A DNA stretch of 36,994 nucleotides from contig JAADHT010000218.1 of assembly GCA_013151705.1 (NCBI GenBank), forward strand, positions 1 through 36,994, given 5' to 3'. The notes below the pieces were generated by a model, which was not told the origin of the DNA, searched no databases, and was given only the letters and a program-made list of their open reading frames with translations. Positions 26,402 to 35,222 of this stretch are shown piece by piece (within the stretch, counting starts at the first letter, position 1; the number at the start of each line of letters is the position of its first letter). Origin of the DNA: Kiritimatiellota bacterium. Its GTDB lineage: Bacteria; Verrucomicrobiota; Lentisphaeria; Victivallales; JAADHT01. Made by a program: the position numbers and the translations under genes.

Positions 26402-27538
26402 ATGGAATTCGAGTTCATTTCCCCGGAGAAAATTGTTTTCGGCCCAGGAAAAGTAAATGAGTCTGGCGCATTGTGTGAGGGTTTGGGTCGTCGGGCCTTG
26501 ATTGTGTGCGACGCGTATACGCTCGGCAGCGGATTGGCGGAGCGTGTGGCGGGAATTTTAAAAGCCGCCGGCATGGAGTCGACCATCTACAGCGGAGTCA
26601 TTCCCAACCCCACCGCGGAATGTGTTGACGAAGCTGGCGCGGTGGCGATGGCGAATGATTGTGATTTCGTCGTCGGCGTGGGCGGCGGGTCTTCCATGGA
26701 CACGGCCAAGGGAGCGGCGGTTTCGGCGACTCACGGCGGGAAGATATGGCCTTACGCCATCGGCGACAAAGAGATCACCGACAGTGTTTTGCCCATCGTG
26801 GCGATCACCACAACCTCCGGGACAGGCAGCCAGTGCACTTGTTTCGCGGTTATTTCCAATCACGAGACGAAGCAGAAACCAGGAATGGGGTCGCCGCTCA
26901 TACTTCCCAAGCTCGCGATTGTCGATCCGGAGCTGATGCTGTCGGTTCCCAGACAATTGACCGCCAACACCGGATTTGACGTTTTCACTCACGCCGTGGA
27001 GGCTTACACCTCCACAGCGGCATCCGCAATGAGCGACATGCATGCCGAGAAATCACTAATATTGCTTGGCGGCTTCCTCGAACGTTGCTACAAGGATGGT
27101 TCCGACTTGGAAGCCAGGGAGGCGATCGCGCTGGCCGACACCTGCGCCGGGATGGCTATTTGCAACGCCGTCGTGACTTTGCCTCATGTAATAGCGCATG
27201 TCATCAGCGGGCATTTCGAGGAAATTCCGCATGGCGACGCTCTTCACTCCATATATCGCGCGAGCCTGAAATTCAATTCGCGGGCCTTGCCTGGAAAACA
27301 CCGGTTTATCGCCAATGCCATTGATCCGGGAAACAACGACGTGGTTTCGGCATTTGAAAATTACTTCAGCCGTTTTGAATTTGTGAACATGCTTAAAAAC
27401 AAATTGGCGGAAGACCCAGAGGCGATTGATCGTCTCGCTGAAGACACCTTCACTTATATGTTGGGAATAACGGAACTAAATCCCGTGAAAGCGACACTGG
27501 AAGACGCCAAACGAATTCTGGTTGAGTCAAGCAAATAG
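26402..27538 (+). CDS. Iron-containing (group III) alcohol dehydrogenase
   Basis: Motifs are GVGGGSSMDTAKGAAV and a metal-binding His cluster (LPHVIAHVISGHFEEIPHGDA). A taggagga RBS precedes the start. Confidence 0.9.
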   Translation: MEFEFISPEKIVFGPGKVNESGALCEGLGRRALIVCDAYTLGSGLAERVAGILKAAGMESTIYSGVIPNPTAECVDEAGAVAMANDCDFVVGVGGGSSMDTAKGAAVSATHGGKIWPYAIGDKEITDSVLPIVAITTTSGTGSQCTCFAVISNHETKQKPGMGSPLILPKLAIVDPELMLSVPRQLTANTGFDVFTHAVEAYTSTAASAMSDMHAEKSLILLGGFLERCYKDGSDLEAREAIALADTCAGMAICNAVVTLPHVIAHVISGHFEEIPHGDALHSIYRASLKFNSRALPGKHRFIANAIDPGNNDVVSAFENYFSRFEFVNMLKNKLAEDPEAIDRLAEDTFTYMLGITELNPVKATLEDAKRILVESSK

Positions 27539-27563
27539 TTATTAAAATTTGAGGAGCGACAAC

Positions 27564-28418
27564 ATGCCCCTGGTAAACCCTATGCCTATGTTGGAGAAAG
27601 CGCGCGCGGAAGGTTTCTGCGTCGGCGCGTTCAATGTGGTTGATTACTTGTCAATCGAGGCGGTGGTGGAAGCCGCCGAGCGTAAAAGAGCGCCGGTTAT
27701 AATACAGACTTCATCCGCCACGATCAAACGTTTCGGTATTGAAAACATCGTGACAATGACCCGTATGGCCGCGGCGGAGTCCACCGTGCCGATATGCCTG
27801 CACCTTGATCATGGAACAGATGTCTCGGTAATTAAAGAAGCTATTGAAAAGGGGTATAGCTCGGTTATGATTGACGCCTCGAAACTGGCTTTTGAGGAAA
27901 ATATAGCAGTCAGCAAAGAAGTTGTCGAAGCGGCTCACAAAGCCGGTCTTGCCGTTGAAGGTGAAATCGGGCTGGTCGCGGGAGTGGAGGATGACATCGT
28001 GGTCAATGCCGAGGACGCGATCTATACAACACCGGAGGAAGCGATTGAATTTCAAGCCCGTTCCGGTGTTGATTTTCTGGCGGCGGCCATCGGTACGGCT
28101 CATGGCTTCTACAAAGTAGCGCCAAAACTGAATATCGACACATTGCGCGAAATACGCGTCAAAACTGATTTCCCGCTGGTCGTGCATGGCGGCACGGGGT
28201 TGCCGACGAATATCGTCATGGAATTGGTTGAAGCGGGAGGCGCCAAGTTTAACGTGTCAACGCAAATCAAGCAAACCTATATTGACTCAATGTACGGTTA
28301 TATACAGGAAAAGCGCGACGAATACAACATTTTAAAAGTTCTCGACGCTGCGAAACAGGGATTGGCGGATATGATCGCTGAATATATGACAATCCTTGGC
28401 GGCGAGGGTAAGGCGTGA
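27564..28418 (+). CDS. Class II (metal-dependent, TIM-barrel) fructose/tagatose-bisphosphate aldolase family protein
   Basis: Motifs are GAFNV, PVIIQTS, LHLDHG, VMIDAS, VEGEIG, AIGTAHG and VVHGGTG. A gaggag RBS lies at 27551-27556. Confidence 0.88.
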   Translation: MPLVNPMPMLEKARAEGFCVGAFNVVDYLSIEAVVEAAERKRAPVIIQTSSATIKRFGIENIVTMTRMAAAESTVPICLHLDHGTDVSVIKEAIEKGYSSVMIDASKLAFEENIAVSKEVVEAAHKAGLAVEGEIGLVAGVEDDIVVNAEDAIYTTPEEAIEFQARSGVDFLAAAIGTAHGFYKVAPKLNIDTLREIRVKTDFPLVVHGGTGLPTNIVMELVEAGGAKFNVSTQIKQTYIDSMYGYIQEKRDEYNILKVLDAAKQGLADMIAEYMTILGGEGKA

Positions 28419-28426
28419 GGTGAATC

Positions 28427-29365
28427 ATGAGTGTTTCGTACTGTAAATATCCCTGTGACATGCATTGCCATACTGTTCGTTCAGATGGAAATGACACTCC
28501 ACGGGAATTATTGAGCAACGCCGCCTTGGTGGGTCTGAAGGTGGTGGCGATTACGGATCATGACACCCCGCCGCCTGTCAACTGCGAACTTGAGGACGGC
28601 AGTGAAGTCCCATGCGATGAATATGCTTCGGAGTTGAAAATAGTCTATGTGCCAGGATATGAGTTTTCCTGCGACAGATGGGTTGATGATGTTCACATCT
28701 GCGGTTACGCGATGAACTGGGATTATCCCGCTTTGGCCGATGAAATCCAGATGGCCCGAAACAGCAAAAGCGAGGCCTATAAGAAATTGTGCGGGATGTT
28801 GACATCGAAAGGCATGGAGATTGACTGGGAGCTGGACATTCTGCGAGTTGACACTCCCAATGAGCGTGCTCCGGATGAGGTGGAACGTAAACATATTTTT
28901 GAGGCCATCGCCGTCAAAGGACATACTCCCACCTGGAGCGAGGCTAAAATAATGGTGCGTGACGATCCTGAATTGAATATCCGGCGACGTAAAATCGGCG
29001 CGGCGGCGGCGATTGATCTCATCCATGCATGTGGTGGCGTCGCCGTGCTGGCGCATCCCTATCTGATTGATGAAAAAGTGTTTGTCGACGGTAAAGAGAA
29101 AATATGCCGAACGGAATACATTGAACGACTGATAACCGCGGGTCTTGACGGCATTGAGGCATCGTATACTTATGATAAAACATCATATAAAGGAACTCTG
29201 TCTCCTGAAGAAATAGAACAGGTGATACGCGGGAAATATACTGATCGTCTGTTTATCAGCGGCGGTTCCGACTATCACGCTGGACACAAAAAAGGAAACG
29301 CGAAGGTGCGTCATCTCGGCGAACGCGGTATTTCAATGGATGAGTTCGCGAAGTTCGACTTGTGA
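28427..29365 (+). CDS. PHP-domain metal-dependent phosphoesterase
   Basis: Motifs are CDMHCHTVRSDG, VVAITDHDT, VLAHP and GGSDYHA. Confidence 0.85.
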   Translation: MSVSYCKYPCDMHCHTVRSDGNDTPRELLSNAALVGLKVVAITDHDTPPPVNCELEDGSEVPCDEYASELKIVYVPGYEFSCDRWVDDVHICGYAMNWDYPALADEIQMARNSKSEAYKKLCGMLTSKGMEIDWELDILRVDTPNERAPDEVERKHIFEAIAVKGHTPTWSEAKIMVRDDPELNIRRRKIGAAAAIDLIHACGGVAVLAHPYLIDEKVFVDGKEKICRTEYIERLITAGLDGIEASYTYDKTSYKGTLSPEEIEQVIRGKYTDRLFISGGSDYHAGHKKGNAKVRHLGERGISMDEFAKFDL

Positions 29366-29391
29366 GAATGGAAATAAAAAGGAGAAGTGAA

Positions 29392-30102
29392 ATGATTGAC
29401 ATGAAAACTCTGACTAAAAAAGAGCTTGCGGGAATGATGGATTATTCCATTCTGCCTAAAAATACTCAGGAGAAGGACATTCGTGAAGGTTGCGCCGTCG
29501 CGCGTGAATATCGTTTTGCCGCTTTTTACAGTAGCAGTCCATACTGGACTCCGTTAATCAAAGAGGAACTACAGGGGTGTGATGATATTGAGATCGGCAC
29601 CGGCATCGCGTTCCCATTCGGTTCGACACCCGCTTCCGTCAAAGCGCTTGAGGTGGAAGAGTCCGTCAAGCGCGGATGCACCACTGTTGACATGGTCATG
29701 AATATAGGAGCTCTCAAAGACAAACGATATAAAGTAGTAGAGGAAGAGCTTGAACTGTTCGTCAAAGCGGCCGGAAACGCGGTGACGAAATGCATACTCG
29801 AGGTCTGTTATCTGACTAATGAGGAAATTACAGCCGGCAGTAAACTGATTGAAGCGGCGGGAATTCAGTACGCCAAGACTTCCACCGGTCAATTTGACGG
29901 TCCGGATATGGATCAGTTTCTGATAATGCGTGATACTTTAGCTGGAAGCGCCGTGAAACTTAAAGCGGCCGGCGTCAAATTCCCGCGTCCGCAAAATGCT
30001 TTGGTATTCATTAAGGCGGGAGCCGTGAGAATCGGCACGCGCGCGGCGATAGAGATTGTCGAAGCTTATGACACCATGAAATCAATCGGCCTCATCGGCT
30101 GA
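29392..30102 (+). CDS. DeoC/LacD-family class I aldolase (deoxyribose-phosphate aldolase-like)
   Basis: Motifs are MMDYSILP, VDMVMNIG, TKCILEVCYL and the Schiff-base lysine motif YAKTSTGQ. An aaaaaggaga RBS precedes the ATG at 29392. Confidence 0.85.
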   Translation: MIDMKTLTKKELAGMMDYSILPKNTQEKDIREGCAVAREYRFAAFYSSSPYWTPLIKEELQGCDDIEIGTGIAFPFGSTPASVKALEVEESVKRGCTTVDMVMNIGALKDKRYKVVEEELELFVKAAGNAVTKCILEVCYLTNEEITAGSKLIEAAGIQYAKTSTGQFDGPDMDQFLIMRDTLAGSAVKLKAAGVKFPRPQNALVFIKAGAVRIGTRAAIEIVEAYDTMKSIGLIG

Positions 30103-30118
30103 TCAAAGGAAGCCGCTC

Positions 30119-31681
30119 ATGCCTATTCGACGGCAATATCTGGCTGGAGTCGATGTCGGAACAACTGGAACCAGATGTTCCATCTACGACCTGAAGGGAC
30201 AACGTGTCGGCAGTGAATATCTGGAGTATCCCTCAATCTATCCGCATCCCGGCTGGGTGGAACAGGATATTCAGTTCATGGTCAAGCGTTGCATGGAGGC
30301 TTGCCGCGCGGCAATCTCCTCCGCCGGGGTCGCTCCTGAAAATATTGCGTCAATCGGCTTCTCCACCCAACGTTCGGTGACTTGTCCGGTGGATGCGGAC
30401 GGTGAACCGGTGCGTGACATGATATCGTGGCAGGATGCCAGAACCGGAGACGAAGTGGCTGACATGCGTCGGCTGATTGACGATGAGGAGTACTATGCTT
30501 TAAGCGGTTTGCCGATGGGAACAACCTGGATTCTCTCCAAAATATTATGGATGCGGAAAAACGAGCCGGAATTTTTTGAAAAAACCGCGAAAGTCGTCCA
30601 GAACCAGGACATCGTACTGCGGGCATTTGGCGCCGAAGGCTTTTTCACTGATATGAGTTGCATGCCGTTTTATGGTGTTTGGGATGTTAAAAATGGCTGC
30701 TGGAATGATAAGTTGATGTCATTATTCGATTTGACGCCGGAGTTTTTCGGCACACCGACTCCGCCGGGAACTCAGGTCGGGGTTATTGGCGCTGATATCG
30801 CCGCCAAAACCGGTTTTGCGGAAGGAACTCCGATTTGTGTTGGCGCGGGTGATCAGAATTGCAGCGTTGTCGGCATGGGGGCGGTCAAGCCGGGGATGGC
30901 CACGGTCACTCTCGGCACGGCCGGTCTGGCGATTCTCACAGTTGACAGTCCGGTTCCTGGATTCGGGGGTATGATGATCACTCATCACGCGGTGCCGAAT
31001 CAGTGGGAGGTCGAAGGATTGTCGAACGCGGCCGCCAGTTCATTGCGCTGGTTTCGTGACGTGATTGGAACCCGGGAGAAGGAGATTGCTGAAAAAAGCG
31101 GCGCGGACGCGTATGCGCTACTCGACCAGTTAGCGGCAAAAAGCAAACCCGGCAGTCATGGAATTCTATATATGCCTTATTTGGCGACCGCCGGAACACC
31201 GCGCTGGAACGCGAACGCTCGGTCAGCATTCATCGGCATGTCATTGGCGCATAATCGGGCCGATATGACGCGGGCGGTAATGGAGGGAGTGGTTCTTGAA
31301 ATTCGTGATATGATCGAAGGTTGGCGCGAACAGGGAATGGAAGCCGAAGTGTTGAGACTTGGCGGCGGAGCGGCGAAATCGAAGTTATGGAACCAGATTC
31401 AAGCTGATGTCTACGGCAGACCGGTTCAGATTCCGCGTGAAAGTGATTCCACTGTTCTCGGCGCCGCTATTCTGGGCGGTGTGGGCGCCGGTATTTTTTC
31501 TTCCATTGATGAGGGCGTGAAGAACATGGTCCATGTGGCCGGAGAGCTTGAACCAGATATGGCTAATCATCATATTTACGAGGAGATGTACCGCGCGTAT
31601 CGCGCGGCGTATAATGGTCTCGCGGAAAGCGGGACTTATGATCTGCTTGCCGGACTTCAGGAAAAATTCGCTCAAGGATAA
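30119..31681 (+). CDS. FGGY-family carbohydrate kinase (xylulokinase/fuculokinase/rhamnulokinase-like)
   Basis: The N-terminal motif is YLAGVDVGTTGTRCSIYD. Also present are VGAGDQNCSVVGMG and the C-terminal LRLGGGAAKSKLWNQIQADVYGRPV. Confidence 0.9.
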   Translation: MPIRRQYLAGVDVGTTGTRCSIYDLKGQRVGSEYLEYPSIYPHPGWVEQDIQFMVKRCMEACRAAISSAGVAPENIASIGFSTQRSVTCPVDADGEPVRDMISWQDARTGDEVADMRRLIDDEEYYALSGLPMGTTWILSKILWMRKNEPEFFEKTAKVVQNQDIVLRAFGAEGFFTDMSCMPFYGVWDVKNGCWNDKLMSLFDLTPEFFGTPTPPGTQVGVIGADIAAKTGFAEGTPICVGAGDQNCSVVGMGAVKPGMATVTLGTAGLAILTVDSPVPGFGGMMITHHAVPNQWEVEGLSNAAASSLRWFRDVIGTREKEIAEKSGADAYALLDQLAAKSKPGSHGILYMPYLATAGTPRWNANARSAFIGMSLAHNRADMTRAVMEGVVLEIRDMIEGWREQGMEAEVLRLGGGAAKSKLWNQIQADVYGRPVQIPRESDSTVLGAAILGGVGAGIFSSIDEGVKNMVHVAGELEPDMANHHIYEEMYRAYRAAYNGLAESGTYDLLAGLQEKFAQG

Positions 31682-31695
31682 AATAATAGTTGCTA

Positions 31696-31801
31696 GAGCC
31701 AATTGCAAAAGTCTGAGCGAGCCGTGTTGCGAGCGCATGAGGTGCTGATTTCGCTCTACGAGCTATGGAGGACAAGCTGTTCAGACTTTTGCAACTGGCT
31801 C
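31696..31801. repeat. Complete 106-bp inverted-repeat (MITE- or REP-like) element bounded by copies C and D of the 21-bp motif
   Basis: gagccaattgcaaaagtctga (31696-31716) and tcagacttttgcaactggctc (31781-31801) are inverted repeats with 1 mismatch. They enclose 64 bp with further self-complementarity. The element lies between the kinase stop and iclR. Confidence 0.7.
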
Positions 31802-31939
31802 GACGATTAAAAAGTTTTCTTCCCGGGCCAATTTCCAATTTCGGATATCCAACAATCAGCCGCGGCGGAAACCGAAGATAGTGAAGAGAAAATGCAAGTG
31901 GCTCATTTGAATTTGGAGTTCACACACACTGTGTACGAC

Positions 31940-32752
31940 ATGAGTATGAACAAGAGCAAAAAAAGCAATTATTCGGCGCCGGCGGTGGATGCGATGTTGG
32001 ACATCGTCGAACGGATGGCCCAAGAGAGTCGGGTGTTTAATTTAACCGAGTTGGCGGTCGGTTTGGATCTCTCGAACAATCTGGTTTTCCGCGTGTTGAA
32101 TCGTTTGTTGGAACGTGGTTACGTCGAGCGCTTGGAGTCAGGCGGCTACCGTTTGTCCGACGGTTTTTTCACGTTGGGCATGAAGTTGTATTCACGTTTC
32201 GAATTGCGCGTGGCGGCTAGAAAACACCTTGAGAAATTGAGCGCGGAGGTGGGCGAGACGGCTCAGTTGCAGGTTCTAAGCGGTAGGGAAATGCTGGTTT
32301 TGGAGGCTGTGGCGCCTTCGTCGGACTTTTACCTGCACGTCACGCCGGGAATTCGGGTGCTCGCTCACTGCAACGCCTACGGCAAGGTGGTGATGGCGTT
32401 CCTGCCTCCCGAGAGAGTCGATGAGATTCTGGAGGGAAGGCTTGAGCGCGTTACCAAAAGAACGATAACCTGCAAGAAAACTTTGATGAATGAGCTGAAA
32501 CGGATAAAAAAGACTGGCGTGGCGTACGATAACGAGGAGTACAGCAGAGGGGTGTTCTGCGTGGGATCGCCCGTTTTCGATAGCGATGGAAAGATTGTCG
32601 GTGGAGTTGGTCTGACGGGACTCACATCAAGATTCAATCCCGAAAACGCGCCGGAATTGGAGAAAAAGGTGCTTGAATGCGCGGAGCGCGTTTCCAGCGG
32701 ACTAGGATACGGCGGCGATTTTTTCACTACACTCGCCACTTCCGCGAAATGA
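31940..32752 (+). CDS. IclR-family transcriptional regulator
   Basis: The N-terminal wHTH is LDIVERMAQESRVFNLTELAVGLDLSNNLVFRVLNRLLERGYVER. The effector domain carries AQLQVLSGREMLVLEAV, TKRTIT, GVAYDNEEYSRGVFCVGSPVFD and GGVGLTG. Confidence 0.9.
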   Translation: MSMNKSKKSNYSAPAVDAMLDIVERMAQESRVFNLTELAVGLDLSNNLVFRVLNRLLERGYVERLESGGYRLSDGFFTLGMKLYSRFELRVAARKHLEKLSAEVGETAQLQVLSGREMLVLEAVAPSSDFYLHVTPGIRVLAHCNAYGKVVMAFLPPERVDEILEGRLERVTKRTITCKKTLMNELKRIKKTGVAYDNEEYSRGVFCVGSPVFDSDGKIVGGVGLTGLTSRFNPENAPELEKKVLECAERVSSGLGYGGDFFTTLATSAK

Positions 32753-32797
32753 ATTGTTTGTATGGAAATTCGTCGACGGCTCCTAAATCCAAGTGTC

Positions 32798-32811
32798 GAA
32801 ATTCGAATTTC
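32798..32811. promoter_or_regulatory. Perfect 14-bp palindrome GAAATTCGAATTTC, a candidate operator upstream of the first glycyl radical enzyme gene
   Basis: Direct reading shows it is its own reverse complement. It lies 49 nt upstream of the 32860 ATG. The related half-site TCGAATTTC lies at 25851-25859 and TTTCGAAA at about 26327-26334. Confidence 0.3.
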
Positions 32812-32830
32812 AGACTTTTGCTATTGGCTC
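32810..32830 (-). repeat. Copy E of the dispersed 21-bp motif (2 mismatches)
   Basis: tcagacttttgctattggctc lies between iclR and GRE-1. Confidence 0.6.
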
Positions 32831-32859
32831 TTTAGATCAGGCATTCCGTGGAATGCGGT

Positions 32860-34971
32860 ATGGAGAAAAAAATGAACGCTGACGAAAGAGCAAAATTAGT
32901 ACGGACCCGAGTGCTTGACGACCAGTCGAAATTATCGTGGTTCAAAGGACGCGATGTAGTTACGGACGCTGAGATATTACGCGGACTGCGGAACTACAAG
33001 TCGCAACAATTGCGAGCGGGCGCCCTCACTCGCGGAAGATTATCGGGACTGCGCTTTCAGATCGACGATTTCGAATTGCTCGCGGGAAGGATTTTGGAGA
33101 ATGATCGTTCCAACGAGGAGAAAGAGGAAGCCGTGGCATTTCTTGAGACACTTCCCCCGGCCGGCGGTCAATCGGGACATTGCGCTCTCTACTGGGAGGA
33201 GCTTTTCGAGATTGGTTTGGGTGGGTTGATCGACAAGGTATCCGCATTGGGAAAAAATTCCGAGGGTGAGCGAGTGGACGCCTATCACTCGTTCATCGAC
33301 GCGTTGGAGGGCGTGCGGACGATGATAGCCAACGCATGCGAACCTGTCGAGGAGGCATTGCCCTCGGCCACTCCGGAACGAACAGTCGAGTTGGAGAAAA
33401 TTCTTGACTCGTGCCGTCGGATCGAGAAAAAACCTCCGCGGAATTTCCGCGATGCGATTCAGTTGGTGTGGTTCATGATAATAGGCACGATGATAGGAGA
33501 TGGCGTGGGTTTCATTTGCCCCGGGATGCTTGACAGGCATTTCGCCCGCTTCATCGAAGATGGCGAGGCGTTTGAAAACGAGGTTTTGGAAATTCTCGAG
33601 GCCTACTATTTTCTGATCAATGATTTCACTCCCGCGGGAGGTGCTTACGCCATTATGGTGGGAGGTGTCGATGAAAATGGAAGAAACCTCACCAATAAGT
33701 TGTCGTTTCTCTGTTTGGAGGCTTTGCGTCGAACCAATCTCGTCTATCCAACCGTTGGCGTCTGCTGGCACGAGGAAACTCCCGACGCTCTAACGGATCT
33801 GGCTATCGATTTGATTTCAAAAGGGTATTCCACTCCGGCTTTCTTCGGTGACTCGACGATAAGAAAAGGGTTGGTGAAATACGGAACGCCTGAAAAAGAG
33901 GCTTGCGACTACCAGAACTCCACTTGCGTCGAGATTACGCCATACGGCTCAAGCAATGTCTGGGTGGCATCCCCCTATTTCAGCCTCTGCGGCATATTGA
34001 TGGATGTCATGGGGACGATGGTCGATGGTGGTTACATTATCAAAACGTATGACGACTTCGTGTCCGCGTACTTCGCGAAACTGGCGGATGAGATCGCGAA
34101 AGCCGCGGAACTCCAAAACCAGTGGCGCGAGAAACGCAGGTTGAACAACAGGAACCCGCTCCAGAGCGTGATGACCCGCGATTGCGTGGAGCGAGGACGC
34201 GATATCGACGACGGAGGCGCGCGGTACAACTGGGTGGAATGCTCATTCGTCGGGCTGGCGAATTTGGTGGATTCCCTGAAAGTGGTGAAAGAGGAGGTAT
34301 TTGAATCACGCAATTTCTCACTGAATGAATTGAAAAGCCTGTTGGACGCGAATTTCGCGGAGAATGAAAACATTAGAATGAGGTTTCTCAACGCGCATTC
34401 GAAATATGGGCTGGACGATTCCGAGGTCGACGACGAGGTGAGTAGGTTTGTGGCGTTCGTAACCGCCGAGTGCGCGAAACACAAGATGCTGCCGGACGAT
34501 TCGCATTTCATTCCCGGAACGTTCTGCTGGGTGAAGCATCAAGTTCTCGGAGCTCAATGCGGGGCCACGCCAGACGGCCGCCAAGCCACACGCCCGTTCG
34601 CCGATGGAGCCGGTCCAGCGCAAGGCCGCGAGAAACTCGGCCCCACGGCGGCGATAAACTCCGTGACATCCTGGGATCATTCCCCGCTGATCGGCGGTTC
34701 CGCCTTCAATATGAAATTCGACAGCTCGGTCTTCAACTCGCCGGAATCGAATGAAAAGCTCAAACAGCTCATTCTCGTGTTTCTGCGTCAAGGCGGATTC
34801 GAAACTCAAATCAATGTATTGAAACACGGAATTCTTAAAGAAGCGAAGGCGAACCCGGAGGAATACCGCGATCTGGTCGTCAGAATCGGAGGATATACGG
34901 ATTATTTCACTAAACTATCTCCTGACATGCAGGACGAGGTGATGCTGAGAACGGAATACACCGAGTTGTAG
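32860..34971 (+). CDS. Glycyl radical enzyme, PFL-like fold, compact (about 700 aa), with a Cys-x-Glu thiyl loop
   Basis: The glycyl loop is DLVVRIGGYTDYFTKLSPDMQDEVMLRTEY and the thiyl loop is DYQNSTCVEITPYG. Also present are FRDAIQLVWF, ATPDGR and GPTAAINS. The alternative start at 32872 has a better GGAG RBS. Confidence 0.9.
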   Translation: MEKKMNADERAKLVRTRVLDDQSKLSWFKGRDVVTDAEILRGLRNYKSQQLRAGALTRGRLSGLRFQIDDFELLAGRILENDRSNEEKEEAVAFLETLPPAGGQSGHCALYWEELFEIGLGGLIDKVSALGKNSEGERVDAYHSFIDALEGVRTMIANACEPVEEALPSATPERTVELEKILDSCRRIEKKPPRNFRDAIQLVWFMIIGTMIGDGVGFICPGMLDRHFARFIEDGEAFENEVLEILEAYYFLINDFTPAGGAYAIMVGGVDENGRNLTNKLSFLCLEALRRTNLVYPTVGVCWHEETPDALTDLAIDLISKGYSTPAFFGDSTIRKGLVKYGTPEKEACDYQNSTCVEITPYGSSNVWVASPYFSLCGILMDVMGTMVDGGYIIKTYDDFVSAYFAKLADEIAKAAELQNQWREKRRLNNRNPLQSVMTRDCVERGRDIDDGGARYNWVECSFVGLANLVDSLKVVKEEVFESRNFSLNELKSLLDANFAENENIRMRFLNAHSKYGLDDSEVDDEVSRFVAFVTAECAKHKMLPDDSHFIPGTFCWVKHQVLGAQCGATPDGRQATRPFADGAGPAQGREKLGPTAAINSVTSWDHSPLIGGSAFNMKFDSSVFNSPESNEKLKQLILVFLRQGGFETQINVLKHGILKEAKANPEEYRDLVVRIGGYTDYFTKLSPDMQDEVMLRTEYTEL

Positions 34972-34994
34972 GAAACGAAACAGTGAAAAAGGAA

Positions 34995-35197
34995 AAGATT
35001 TAACCACTAACTCTCACTAACTTAACACCCGCCTTCGCATCTACGGCGTGGCAGGCTAACAATGTATTGCGCTCCGTACCGGAGCGCAGCGGTGTGTCAT
35101 AAAAATTCAACGTGACGTTTCCGCGTTCGGTATTCCGAACGCGGAAATATTCTCTTCGTTAGTGTGAGGTTAGTGTTCGTTAGTGGTTTAAAATCTT
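34995..35197. repeat. 203-bp structured inverted-repeat element with phased CACTAAC/GTTAGTG heptamers and two internal hairpins
   Basis: The left arm is aagatttaaccactaactctcactaac (34995-35021). The right arm is gttagtgtgaggttagtgttcgttagtggtttaaaatctt (35158-35197). Heptamers sit at 35005 and 35015 on the + strand and at 35158, 35169 and 35179 in inverse orientation. Confidence 0.65.
35118..35147 (+). terminator. Perfect 13-bp stem / 4-nt loop hairpin, a candidate intrinsic terminator or attenuator between the two GRE genes
   Basis: tttccgcgttcgg-tatt-ccgaacgcggaaa is followed by tattctcttcgtt. A second 9-bp hairpin, tgcgctccg-tac-cggagcgca, lies at 35068-35088. Confidence 0.45.
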
Positions 35198-35222
35198 GAT
35201 TGATTTGATATTGAGGAAAAAT

